A stretch of 64,000 nucleotides of DNA, taken from the NCBI GenBank assembly GCA_030430495.1, contig JAUIKM010000017.1, forward strand, positions 8,121-72,120, read 5' to 3'. The position numbers and the translations under genes are program-made. Shown here piece after piece: positions 9,745 through 18,652 of the stretch. This stretch comes from a bacterium. Lineage in GTDB: Bacteria > Bacteroidota > Ignavibacteria > Kapaibacteriales > UBA7675. Within the stretch, counting starts at the first letter, position 1; the number at the start of each line of letters is the position of its first letter. The notes beneath the pieces are model-generated. The model saw only the letters and a program-made list of their open reading frames with translations. It did not search any database and was not told the DNA's origin.

Positions 9745-9754
9745 TTCTGAAGAT

Positions 9755-11533
9755 TTATGCCCCGGCGTCCGTCGTCGGCAGAGTGAACCAGATTTGAGTA
9801 TCGGAGTGATGCAGATGCACGCGCTGCGTTGAGCCCGCGCTGAGCTGCAATTCCCGCTCGAAGAAATAGAGGGCCTGGCCCCAGTGAACGTCGTCGCCGT
9901 CGGGGCCGCTGTTGAGTGTGAGGCCCTCGCCCAGGTCGAGCTCAAACCAGAACATGACGCCGTCGCAGGCGCCGCTTTCCAGCGGAGAAAATTCCAGATC
10001 GTGACGATGTCCGGCAGCCACGGCAGGCGAAGCGGGCGGCCGATAAAAATCGAGGGCCAGCGCTTCCACGACGGGGCTGAGCAGCCGGCAGGGCTCGCGG
10101 CGCGCGTCGATACCGACGTATTCCCAGGGAATGCGGAAGGCGTCAAAAGCCGAGAGATCAAAACCTTCGATCTGCGCAACGGGATTGACGAGGCGCAGTT
10201 TGGGGGCGCGAACAAGCGCGCAGTAAATCCGCGCCGCGGACGGAATCAGGCGCACATTCTCCGACGCAAGCTTGCCGGCGGCATGGCGCATGGTCGGCAG
10301 AATGCCTTCGCCCAGCAGCCCGGCATCGACGACTTCGGCCAGGATGACGTCGGCCGGACGCGGCAATTCGTGCCCGACGCGCAGACCGGTCGACTTGGCT
10401 TCGAACAACTGAATTTTATCGCTCATGGAATTGTCAGCCAGAACGCGGCGGGTGACGGGCGCAATCAGCGAGTTCATCTCGCAGGCGACGACGTCGCCGG
10501 CGCCGGCGCGCACGGCCATCATGGCGAGCAGCCCGCTGCCGCTGCCGATATCCAGCACCAGATCGTCCGGGCCGACGGCCTGCCGGATTGCGGCGTCAAA
10601 GCGACTGTTGCGCGCCGTATCGCTGAGCAGCTGCAGATGCCAGGCGGGGAAATTGCGGCGACGCGCGCGGCGCAGATTGCGGTCGGCCAGAAAATCGTCG
10701 GGATCGCGCGCCAGAATCTCCTCAAAAGCCGCAATCGACTCATCAACGCGATTCAGCATAAAAAGCGCATTGGCGCGGCGGCGCAGCGCGTCGCTGTTGG
10801 CGGGGTCGACCGCAACGGCCTGTTCATAACTTTCCAGCGCCGCCTGGTAGTCGCCGTTGTCCTCGTGCGCCGTGCCCAGGGAAACGTGCGCCAGCGACTC
10901 TTTCGGTTTGTCTTTCACGAGTGCGCTCAGCAGGTCGATCGCCGCGTTGACTTCGCCGTTCATACACAGAACATTGCCGATGTTGACGCGCGCGTGCACA
11001 TCGCCCGGATCGACGTTCAGCACTTCTTCGAACAGGGCGCGCGCTTCGTCCAGCCGCCCCTGCATGCGCCGCACATTGCCCAGGTTTACGAGCAGCGGCG
11101 CTTGCCTGGGCCGCAGTTTGCGCGCCGCCTCGTACTCCTGTGCCGCTTCATCAAGCCTTCCCTGCTGCGCCAGCACGTTGCCGAGGTTGAACAGATTGCC
11201 GAAATCGTCGGCTTTGATGTCGATCGCAGCGCGGTAGGCCCTGATCGACGCGTCGAACTCACTGCGTGCGTAGAGCACGTTGCCGAGCAGTCCGTGGGCA
11301 AAACCGTTGTGCGGATCCGCCTTGACGGCTCGCGCCAGCAGTTTGTGCGCCAGGTCCATGCTGCCGCGCTGATAGTGGATGGAACCGAGGTTTGCCAGGG
11401 TGTCGGCGTGTTTGGGGTTGGTCTGCAGCACGCGCTGATACGACTTGATCGCCGCATCAAATTTGCCCTGCAACTGACTGCGGAGAGCTTCCTGGAACAG
11501 CTGCTGCGCCCTGCCCGTGAGTATTTTGGCCAT
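9755..11533 (-). CDS. TPR-repeat protein fused to a PRMT-like (protein arginine N-methyltransferase family) class I SAM-dependent methyltransferase domain
   Basis: N-terminal ~300 aa contain many 34-aa TPR repeats (…A(L/I)xxYxxALxxxPxxxxAxxNLG…). The C-terminal half has motif I VLDIGSGSGLLAMMAVRAGA, the acidic post-I residue VVACEMNS, a double-E loop ADVILAEVVDAGLLGEGIL, and a THW-like loop VHWGQALYFF. Order and spacing are as in PRMT1/Hmt1. Confidence 0.75.
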   Translation of the reverse strand: MAKILTGRAQQLFQEALRSQLQGKFDAAIKSYQRVLQTNPKHADTLANLGSIHYQRGSMDLAHKLLARAVKADPHNGFAHGLLGNVLYARSEFDASIRAYRAAIDIKADDFGNLFNLGNVLAQQGRLDEAAQEYEAARKLRPRQAPLLVNLGNVRRMQGRLDEARALFEEVLNVDPGDVHARVNIGNVLCMNGEVNAAIDLLSALVKDKPKESLAHVSLGTAHEDNGDYQAALESYEQAVAVDPANSDALRRRANALFMLNRVDESIAAFEEILARDPDDFLADRNLRRARRRNFPAWHLQLLSDTARNSRFDAAIRQAVGPDDLVLDIGSGSGLLAMMAVRAGAGDVVACEMNSLIAPVTRRVLADNSMSDKIQLFEAKSTGLRVGHELPRPADVILAEVVDAGLLGEGILPTMRHAAGKLASENVRLIPSAARIYCALVRAPKLRLVNPVAQIEGFDLSAFDAFRIPWEYVGIDARREPCRLLSPVVEALALDFYRPPASPAVAAGHRHDLEFSPLESGACDGVMFWFELDLGEGLTLNSGPDGDDVHWGQALYFFERELQLSAGSTQRVHLHHSDTQIWFTLPTTDAGA

Positions 11534-11752
11534 GTGATTTTCCCGTGTTCATGAGCGATCCGCAGCGAAAATACGCAATGACGCCGTTTTCCCGTCCGTC
11601 GCCGTCAAAATCAGTCAAAAGCCGCGGCCTGGAGGGCGGCGTTCAAGATCGCGTTTGATGCTCCAGCGGCTGGGTGATATATTTGTGTTGCGCCACGGCA
11701 GTCACCGCGGCGTTTTGCATTCCCGGATTTCCCCAACAGCCGACCGGAAGCA

Positions 11753-12478
11753 ATGACCAGATCCAGATTTGTCCTTACTGCCTGTTTCTTTTGTTTGTCA
11801 TGCAGCCTGATGTTCTCAGCCGCGCCGCGGGCGGCGGCGCAGGACAAACCCGAGCCGCCCGATTCGCTGATGGTGAAGACATTCAGCGTGCGCCACTATT
11901 CCGACTTTGACGACTGCGACCTGGAGATCAGGTATCCACAGATTGTGGACGAGGACGGCGACCCCTACGATGACACGATCGACTATCCGGCGCTGACGGC
12001 CATCAACACGGAAATCTGCCGCGCGCTGATGCTGGCGCCCGAGACCGTTCTGGAGCAGTGCGAACCATTGGCGGTCAAGCGCATCGACTATCGCGTCTAC
12101 TACAATCGCGACGGCTGGCTGAGCATGATTATCGAAACGCGCGTGGTCGACAGTTTTGCCGGCGACGAGGAACTGGACGCGATGATCTTCCAGGAGGCTT
12201 TCCACTTTAACTTTCTGACCGGCAAACGCCTGCTCTTGTCCAACATGATGCAGGGCAACTACGTCGAGGCGCTGCAGGTTTTCCTGCAACGCGCTCTGGT
12301 GGCGCGCGGTTATGAAGACGCCACGCCCTACGTGGAAGACGACACGGCATTTTACCGCGACGGCGACAACCTGGTGTTCATCATTGACATCGAAACGCCG
12401 CCGGAACACGTCGCAATTCCGTTCAAAGCCGTCAAGGAGTTTCTGACGGACGACGTGCCGCTGCGCCACGACGACTGA
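11753..12478 (+). CDS. Hypothetical secreted protein (signal peptide; possibly DUF4163/DUF3298 RsiV-like fold)
   Basis: 241 aa. N-terminal signal peptide …LTACFFCLSCSLMFSAAPRAAAQ; acidic mature protein. The start is uncertain because nt 11783-11814 are also a copy of the dispersed repeat core. Confidence 0.55.
   Translation: MTRSRFVLTACFFCLSCSLMFSAAPRAAAQDKPEPPDSLMVKTFSVRHYSDFDDCDLEIRYPQIVDEDGDPYDDTIDYPALTAINTEICRALMLAPETVLEQCEPLAVKRIDYRVYYNRDGWLSMIIETRVVDSFAGDEELDAMIFQEAFHFNFLTGKRLLLSNMMQGNYVEALQVFLQRALVARGYEDATPYVEDDTAFYRDGDNLVFIIDIETPPEHVAIPFKAVKEFLTDDVPLRHDD
11783..11814 (+). repeat. Copy of the dispersed repeat core (CTGTTTCTTTTGTTTGTCATGCAGCCTGATGTT) embedded in the 5' end of the 11753 CDS
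   Basis: Near-identical to 18533-18568 (TTCTTTTGCTTGTCACGCAGCTGGATGTT). Confidence 0.55.
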
Positions 12479-12621
12479 GAAATTGCCACTGCCCGGCGCG
12501 CAGACGCCGCGTTTGTGAAAAAACAAGTTTAACGGTTCCGCTGCGGGACCAAACAACGCGCAGGTTAAACGGGCCTTAAACAGATGGTCCGGCGCAAATT
12601 ATCAGCTAACGGTGTACAACG

Positions 12622-14055
12622 ATGGCCAAGAATCAGTCGGCTCTGGATGTGATCGTCTCCCTGGCAAAACGCCGCGGATTTGTTTTTCAATCGTCGGAAG
12701 TGTACGGCGGCCTGAACGGCTGCTGGGATTTTGGTCCGCTCGGCGTCGAACTCCTGCGCAACTACAAGGACGCCTGGTGGCGCGCCATGACGCTGCGCGA
12801 CGACGTCGTCGGCCTGGACGCGGCCATCCTGATGCACCCGCGCACCTGGGAAGCCAGCGGTCACACGGACAGCTTCAGCGACCCGATGATCGACAGTAAA
12901 ACAAGTAAAAAACGCCACCGCGCAGACACGCTGATTGAGGAGTTTATCCAGCGCCTGCGCAAAAAGAAAAAGACCGAGCGCGCCGACGCAATCGAAGCGC
13001 GCCTGGAGCAGGCCCGCGAAGCGGAGGACTTTTACAACATCATCGCAGAAGAGGAAATCCCCGACCCGGACACGGGAACCTGCGACTGGACGGAAGTGCG
13101 CAACTTCAACCTGATGTTTAAAACCTTTGTCGGCCCGCTGGAAGACGAAAGCAGCGCGGTCTATCTGCGACCCGAAACCGCCCAGGGCATTTTTGTCAAC
13201 TTCAAAAATGTGCTGGATTCCTCGCGACAGAAAATCCCCTTCGGCATTGCGCAGATCGGCAAGTCCTTCCGCAATGAAATCAATACCAAATATTTCCTGT
13301 TCCGCACGCGCGAGTTCGAACAGATGGAAATGCAGTATTTCGTCAAACCGGGCGAGGAGATGGAATGGTACGAGCGCTGGCGCGAAGAGCGCTGGAACTT
13401 CTACCTGAACCTGGGCTTCAACGAAGACAGCCTGCGCCGCAAGGAACACGCCAAGCTGGCGCACTACGCCAACGCCGCGGAAGACATTGAATTCCACTTC
13501 CCCTTCGGCTGGGGCGAGATTGAGGGGATTCACTCGCGCACGGACTTCGACCTGCAACGCCATCAGGAATTCTCCGGCAAAAAGATGGAGTTTGTCGACA
13601 CGGTGACGCGCGATCGTTTTGTGCCCTACGTGGTGGAAACGGCGGCGGGCTGCACGCGCGGCTTCATGGCAGTGTTGTGCCAGGCGTACAACGTAGAATC
13701 TGTTGAAGGCGACAACGGCAAGAGCGAAGAGCGCACGGTACTGAAGTTTCACCCAAAACTCGCGCCGATCAAAGCGGCGGTTTTCCCGCTGGTTAAACGC
13801 GACGGCATGCCCGAGTTCGCGCACAAACTGTACAAGGACCTGCAGCGCAGTTTCACGGTGCAGTACGACGAATCGGGCGCGGTGGGACGCCGCTACCGCC
13901 GTCAGGACGAAATCGGCACTCCCTACTGTTTTACTGTGGACACGGATTCCTTAAGCGACGGCACGGTGACGGCACGAGACCGCGACACGATGGAGCAGGT
14001 GCGCATTCCGGCAGACGGCGCGTTAAACTGGCTGCGCGACAAACTGGACGCTTAA
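12622..14055 (+). CDS. glyQS: Glycine--tRNA ligase (class II, alpha2-type GlyQS)
   Basis: 477 aa with strong family-level similarity along the full length: …SEVYGGLNGCWDFGPLGVELLRNYKDAWW…, …RPETAQGIFVNFKNV…, …FRNEI…FRTREFEQMEMQYF…. Confidence 0.95.
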   Translation: MAKNQSALDVIVSLAKRRGFVFQSSEVYGGLNGCWDFGPLGVELLRNYKDAWWRAMTLRDDVVGLDAAILMHPRTWEASGHTDSFSDPMIDSKTSKKRHRADTLIEEFIQRLRKKKKTERADAIEARLEQAREAEDFYNIIAEEEIPDPDTGTCDWTEVRNFNLMFKTFVGPLEDESSAVYLRPETAQGIFVNFKNVLDSSRQKIPFGIAQIGKSFRNEINTKYFLFRTREFEQMEMQYFVKPGEEMEWYERWREERWNFYLNLGFNEDSLRRKEHAKLAHYANAAEDIEFHFPFGWGEIEGIHSRTDFDLQRHQEFSGKKMEFVDTVTRDRFVPYVVETAAGCTRGFMAVLCQAYNVESVEGDNGKSEERTVLKFHPKLAPIKAAVFPLVKRDGMPEFAHKLYKDLQRSFTVQYDESGAVGRRYRRQDEIGTPYCFTVDTDSLSDGTVTARDRDTMEQVRIPADGALNWLRDKLDA

Positions 14056-14086
14056 ACAGCGTTTGCAGAACACTCGACACTTTAAA

Positions 14087-14125
14087 CTCCGGACGACTCG
14101 CCGCAGTCGTTCGGAGTTTTTTTTG
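14087..14125 (+). terminator. Rho-independent terminator after glyQS
   Basis: 11-bp stem CTCCGGACGAC / GTCGTTCGGAG (one G·U pair), 8-nt loop, followed by TTTTTTTTG. Lies 32 bp after the stop. Confidence 0.7.
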
Positions 14126-14170
14126 TTTGAGACTGGATTTGAGCACGGCGTTTAACAACGTGAAACGGAC

Positions 14171-14223
14171 TCTGGACGCGGGGCTTTGTACTCGACGACA
14201 AACAAAACCCTCATGAGAGCCTG
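14171..14223 (-). repeat. Divergent copy of the dispersed intergenic repeat
   Basis: Reverse complement CTGCCTCGCTTCGCATCGGCATCAGGCTCTCATGAGGGTTTTGTTTGTCGTCG shares the CGCTTCGC… and …TTTTGTTTGTCG blocks with the copies at 52118 and 8655. Confidence 0.45.
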
Positions 14224-14525
14224 ATGCCGATGCGAAGCGAGGCAGCAAAGCGATCAGGGAACACACCGTCCGACTCCCGCAACATGCACCGCTAAAACTC
14301 TCGCCGCAAACGAAAAAAACTGAACGTGACGAATTCCGCGCCGAACGCTTATTGTTTCGCGGTCAGCGGGAATTGTACGCGGCAAATTGCATTCGCTACG
14401 GGCCGTACATACGCGAAACCGAATGCCCCCCGACCGTGTTGAACGCAGACGACACAATGCACGAACGGCATTGTCGTTGTCTTCAAAGAGCCAGATTCGC
14501 AGCATATTTCCCTTCGGAGCCAAGC

Positions 14526-16280
14526 GTGACGAAACATCGCACTACCGCCGGCATACATCGCAAGTTTTTCCGGATTTTCCTCTTCGCAATGATTGCGTCC
14601 GCCGCCGCCGGCACGTCCGCCCGCGCCGACGACAGCAGCGACTCCCTGTACTACGAAGTCAACAAATCGCTGATGGTCTTCGGCGACCTGTTTCGCCAGG
14701 TCAACAGCAACTACGTCGACGACGTGAAGCCGGATGAGATGCTGCGCCGCGGCCTCGACGGCATGCTCGAATATCTGGATCCCTACACGACCTATATCTC
14801 CAATGATGAGAGCGACCAGGTCGACATGCTCACCAAGGGTTTCTACGGCGGCCTGGGCGTCACGATCGCCGAGATTAACGGCGAGACCACCGTGGTCGAC
14901 GTGGCCGAAGGTTATGCGGCCGACAACGCCGGCATCCGCATCGGCGATAAGATCTACATGATAGACTCCGTCGTCGTCCTGAACAGCGACCACAAGGAGC
15001 TGCGCCAGTACACACGCGGTAAGGCGGGCAGCGAACTGACGGCGCACATTATTCGCGAGGGCCTGGGCGATACGCTGGCGCTCAACCTTAAACGCGAGAA
15101 AATTCAGATGCGCACCGTGTCGTATGCCGGTTTCCTCGGCGGCGCGACGGGCGACGGCGTTGCAGGCGAAATTGACGAAGGCAACATCGGTTATATCAAA
15201 CTCGACCGCTTTGCGCGCGGCGCCAACGCCCAGTTCCGCCAGGCGCTGGATAACCTGAAGCGGCGCAAGGCGATGAAAGGACTGATCGTCGACCTGCGCG
15301 GCAACCCCGGCGGACTGCTCGATGCGGCCGTGTCCATCAGTGAAATTTTTGTGCCGACCGGCAGTCAGATCGTCGCGACGCGCGGTCGTTCGCCGCTGGC
15401 GGGCAAAGAATACGTCGCGCGCGGGATTCCAAAGGAACCCGAACTGCCGCTCGTGATTCTCATCGACAAAGGCAGCGCCAGCGCCAGCGAAATATTCGCA
15501 GCGGCCATTCAGGACCTGGACCGCGGCGTCCTCGTCGGCGAACGCTCCTTCGGCAAGGGCCTCGTCCAGACAATCTCCTCGCTGCCTTTTGAAGCCACCC
15601 TCAAGATGACCACGGCGCGCTATTACACGCCTTCCGGCCGATGCATCCAGCGCATCAAATACGAAGAGCAACGCACGCATCACAACGATCAGGCCGAACT
15701 CGCCGCCGAACCGCACGATTCGACAATTTTCTACACACAGGGCGGCCGCCCCGTGTACGAATCCAACGGCATCCGCCCCGACGTGCACGTCTCGTCCGAA
15801 CCCGCGTCCGAGTACGTGCGCGACCTGAAGGACGGGCACATGCTGTTCCGCTTCGGAACGCGCTACAGCGCACGCATGCGCGAGCTGCCGCAGGACTTTC
15901 ACGCCGACAGCACGGCGCTCAAACAGTTTGCGGCATTTCTGGAAGAAGAACATTTTGTCCACGATCAGGACATTCTTTCGGCAATCGAAGTGCTCGAAGA
16001 GAAGTTCGCGGCCGATGAAGATTTCAGCGGTTTTTCGCCGCGCATGCAGATGTTGCGCGACGACCTGGCAAAACTGCGGACGTCCATGATTGAACGCCAC
16101 GCCGACGAGGTTCTGGCAGAGCTGGATCGCGAAATTTCAGCGCGTTTCCTGACGCGGGCCGAACGCATCGCGGCCGGACTCGGCGACGATCCGCAGGTGC
16201 AAACCGCCGTGCAAATTCTGAACGACCAGGAGCGCTACGGCAAAATCCTGGACCTGACTGTAGCCGATGGAGAGCGCTGA
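14526..16280 (+). CDS. Carboxy-terminal processing protease (S41 family; Ctp/Prc-like, with a PDZ domain)
   Basis: PDZ segment …GGLGVTIAEINGETTVVDVAEGYAADNAGIRIGDKI… and S41 catalytic region …LIVDLRGNPGGLLDAAVSISEIF…IDKGSASASEIFAAAIQD… Start taken as GTG 14526 (signal-like RKFFRIFLFAMIASAAAGTSARA); an in-frame ATG at 14457 is the alternative. Confidence 0.85.
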   Translation: MTKHRTTAGIHRKFFRIFLFAMIASAAAGTSARADDSSDSLYYEVNKSLMVFGDLFRQVNSNYVDDVKPDEMLRRGLDGMLEYLDPYTTYISNDESDQVDMLTKGFYGGLGVTIAEINGETTVVDVAEGYAADNAGIRIGDKIYMIDSVVVLNSDHKELRQYTRGKAGSELTAHIIREGLGDTLALNLKREKIQMRTVSYAGFLGGATGDGVAGEIDEGNIGYIKLDRFARGANAQFRQALDNLKRRKAMKGLIVDLRGNPGGLLDAAVSISEIFVPTGSQIVATRGRSPLAGKEYVARGIPKEPELPLVILIDKGSASASEIFAAAIQDLDRGVLVGERSFGKGLVQTISSLPFEATLKMTTARYYTPSGRCIQRIKYEEQRTHHNDQAELAAEPHDSTIFYTQGGRPVYESNGIRPDVHVSSEPASEYVRDLKDGHMLFRFGTRYSARMRELPQDFHADSTALKQFAAFLEEEHFVHDQDILSAIEVLEEKFAADEDFSGFSPRMQMLRDDLAKLRTSMIERHADEVLAELDREISARFLTRAERIAAGLGDDPQVQTAVQILNDQERYGKILDLTVADGER

Positions 16281-16286
16281 ACAGTC

Positions 16287-17660
16287 ATGCAGTTCGAACT
16301 GATGATGCTCGGCGGCGTTGAAGAAATCGGCGCCAATTCCTGTTTTATGAGTTTTGACGGCGTCGGCATCATCGTCGACGCGGGCCTGCACCCCAAGCGA
16401 CGCGACGCACTTGCTCTCCCCGACTTCAGCGCCATTCAGGACCGCAGTGCGGCCGCCATTCTGATCACACATGCCCACACGGATCACCTTGGCGCGCTCC
16501 CCTTTGCCATGCATCACCAGCCGCAGATGGCTGTTTTCATGACGCGGGCCACGCGCGATCTCAGTGAAATTATGCTGCGCAATTCCTCCCGCCTGCTCCG
16601 GACGGAAGTAGCCGAAGAATTTCCGCGCGAAGCGCTGGCGCAATACAGGCCGGAAATTGTGCGCAACCTCAGCGTGCTGATCCAGGGCATGCGCCTCGAC
16701 GAAGAATTTACCATTGCGGGAGCGCACGGCGGAGGACACGATATCCGCGTGCGGTTCTGCCACGCGGGCCACATTCTCGGCGCTGCGGGTGTGCTGTTCG
16801 ACGTCGGCGGACGCCGCATTCTGCACTCCGGCGACGTGCACTTCGGTTCGCAGGAGCTGATCGCCGCCGCGGAGCTGCCGCGCGAACACGTCGACGTACT
16901 GGTGCTCGAATCGACCAACGGCGCACAGCTGGAGCCGGCCGCGCCCGAGGTGGAAACGCGCAGGCTGGCCGAGCTGATCAACCGCGCCTCCAATGCCGGC
17001 GGCTCCGTCCTGATTCCGGCTTTTGCACTCGGCAAAACGCAGGAAATGCTCAAGCGCCTGCACAAAATGATGAACGCGGGCATGATCCCGCGCCTGCCGA
17101 TGTACTCCGGCGGCCTCAGCGCCAAAATCAACATCGTCTACGACCGCTACTGCTACACCGTCCCGCGCGTCGACCCCGGTTTTGAGATGACGGACATCGC
17201 CCACGCGCCGATCGACTACAAAACTCTGATGAGCGGTCCGTACTTCAAACATCCGTCCATCGTCCTGGCCACCAGCGGCATGCTCAACGCCGGCACGACG
17301 GCATTTAAACTGGCGCATGCCTGGATGCAACGCCCCAACTTCGCCATCGCATTTGCAGGCTATCTGGACGAGGACTCGCCCGGCTACGCCCTGGCGCATT
17401 CAGCGCGCAACGAGGAATTTCTGCTGGCGGGCCGCAAGGTCAAACGCGTCTGCGAGGTCGGCCGGTTCCGCTTTTCGGCGCATGCCATGCGCGCCGATCT
17501 GATCGACTACGTTTGGGATGTTCGCCCCAATCACCTCTTTCTGGTCCACGGCGATTCCGAGGCCTGCGAATCACTCGGGGCGGCTGTTAAGTCGCGCCTG
17601 CCGCAGTGCCGCATCAGAATTCCGCGCCGTTCTCATCCATATGTAATTGATCTTTCGTAA
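16287..17660 (+). CDS. Beta-CASP family metallo-beta-lactamase-fold RNA-metabolising nuclease (CPSF/TTHA0252-like)
   Basis: MBL motifs HAHTDHLGALP, HAGHILGA, HSGD. Beta-CASP-type motifs follow (…VLVLESTNG…, terminal LVHGDSEA). 457 aa. Confidence 0.75.
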   Translation: MQFELMMLGGVEEIGANSCFMSFDGVGIIVDAGLHPKRRDALALPDFSAIQDRSAAAILITHAHTDHLGALPFAMHHQPQMAVFMTRATRDLSEIMLRNSSRLLRTEVAEEFPREALAQYRPEIVRNLSVLIQGMRLDEEFTIAGAHGGGHDIRVRFCHAGHILGAAGVLFDVGGRRILHSGDVHFGSQELIAAAELPREHVDVLVLESTNGAQLEPAAPEVETRRLAELINRASNAGGSVLIPAFALGKTQEMLKRLHKMMNAGMIPRLPMYSGGLSAKINIVYDRYCYTVPRVDPGFEMTDIAHAPIDYKTLMSGPYFKHPSIVLATSGMLNAGTTAFKLAHAWMQRPNFAIAFAGYLDEDSPGYALAHSARNEEFLLAGRKVKRVCEVGRFRFSAHAMRADLIDYVWDVRPNHLFLVHGDSEACESLGAAVKSRLPQCRIRIPRRSHPYVIDLS

Positions 17661-17701
17661 GTTTCGAGTTTGTTTGGGGCTGTTAACATCCGGATGACAA
17701 C

Positions 17702-18442
17702 ATGAGCGACGCACTGGAATACCGCAATTCGCTGTATGCCGACTACGCCAATTCCTGGGGTAAATTCACTTCGCTGGACGACGTGTACGAATGGCTCGAC
17801 CGCACGTCCCGGGGGCTGGAGCACGAATTCCTGCCCATGCTTCCGGCCGATAAAAACTGCAGTATTCTCGATGTGGGCTGCGGCTGCGGACCGCTCCTGT
17901 ACATGCTTAAACAACAGGAATACGGCAACGCGCGCGGCATCGACGTCAGCCCGAGCCAGGTGGAAACGGCGCACAAAGCCGGCCTGCACAACGTCAAACA
18001 AGCCGACGCAATTGACTTCCTGCAGAACAGCGACCACCGCTACGACGTGATTTTCGCCATCGACCTGATTGAGCACTTAAACAAAACCGAGTTCATCTCG
18101 CTGATGCAGTCCATGCGCGGCGCGCTGCGCCCCGGCGGTGAGATTATCATGCGCACGCCCAATGTGGACGCGCCATTTGGAACCGTGTATTCCTACGGCG
18201 ATTTTTCACACGAAATGCACTTGAACAAACTCTCGACGCACGAAATTCTCAGCGCCCTTCAATTCCGCGAGGTCCGGGTAATTCCTTCGGAGCCGCGCGC
18301 GCACACAACCGCACGCGAATTACTTCGAAAGGGCATCTGGGCCTTTATGCGGCCGGTGTTTGCCGCTCTGTTATTTTCCCGCGGTCTGCGTCAGGGCGAC
18401 GTGGTTTTAACACCCAACATGGTTATTCGCGCTCGCCGTTGA
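17702..18442 (+). CDS. Class I SAM-dependent methyltransferase (Methyltransf_11/23-like)
   Basis: Motif I ILDVGCGCGPLLYML, acidic post-I GIDVS, motif II/III …YDVIFAIDLIEHL…LRPGGEIIM. 42 bp downstream of the beta-CASP gene on the same strand. Confidence 0.8.
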   Translation: MSDALEYRNSLYADYANSWGKFTSLDDVYEWLDRTSRGLEHEFLPMLPADKNCSILDVGCGCGPLLYMLKQQEYGNARGIDVSPSQVETAHKAGLHNVKQADAIDFLQNSDHRYDVIFAIDLIEHLNKTEFISLMQSMRGALRPGGEIIMRTPNVDAPFGTVYSYGDFSHEMHLNKLSTHEILSALQFREVRVIPSEPRAHTTARELLRKGIWAFMRPVFAALLFSRGLRQGDVVLTPNMVIRARR

Positions 18443-18500
18443 ACATTGACAACACATCGACGCAACACTTAAACATGCGACTTTGCTCAGAGACTGAACA

Positions 18501-18556
18501 CTGAGCGCTTCGCCCTGCGTTGCATGGCTTGCTTTTTTCTTTTGCTTGTCACGCAG
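18501..18556 (+). repeat. Dispersed intergenic repeat copy between convergent genes
   Basis: CTGAGCGCTTCGCC…GGCTTGCTTTTTTCTTTTGCTTGTCACGCAG. Shares both the 5' CTGAGCGCTTCGCC block and the 3' T-rich CTTTTGNTTGTC block with the copies at 52118 and 8655. Confidence 0.65.
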
Positions 18557-18652
18557 CTGGATGTTAAAAGCCCTGCAGACGGTCGACAGATTTCAAGGTG
18601 CGGTGCATAAAACGCAGATACAGGATTTTAATCTCTGGTGTTTGCGGTGCGA

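Noticed and set aside
9884-11554. 556-aa ORF on the + strand
   Set aside because: Antisense to the TPR-PRMT gene, which has clear TPR and MTase motifs. Arg/Ala/Gly-rich low-complexity translation typical of high-GC antisense frames.
12565-13824. 419-aa ORF on the − strand
   Set aside because: Antisense to glyQS, whose + frame has unambiguous GlyRS motifs. Ala/Arg/Val-rich, no domain.
14349-16100. 583-aa ORF on the − strand
   Set aside because: Antisense to the S41 protease gene. Spurious high-GC frame.
16137-17399. 420-aa ORF on the − strand
   Set aside because: Antisense to the beta-CASP nuclease gene (the + frame carries HxHxDH and the other MBL motifs).
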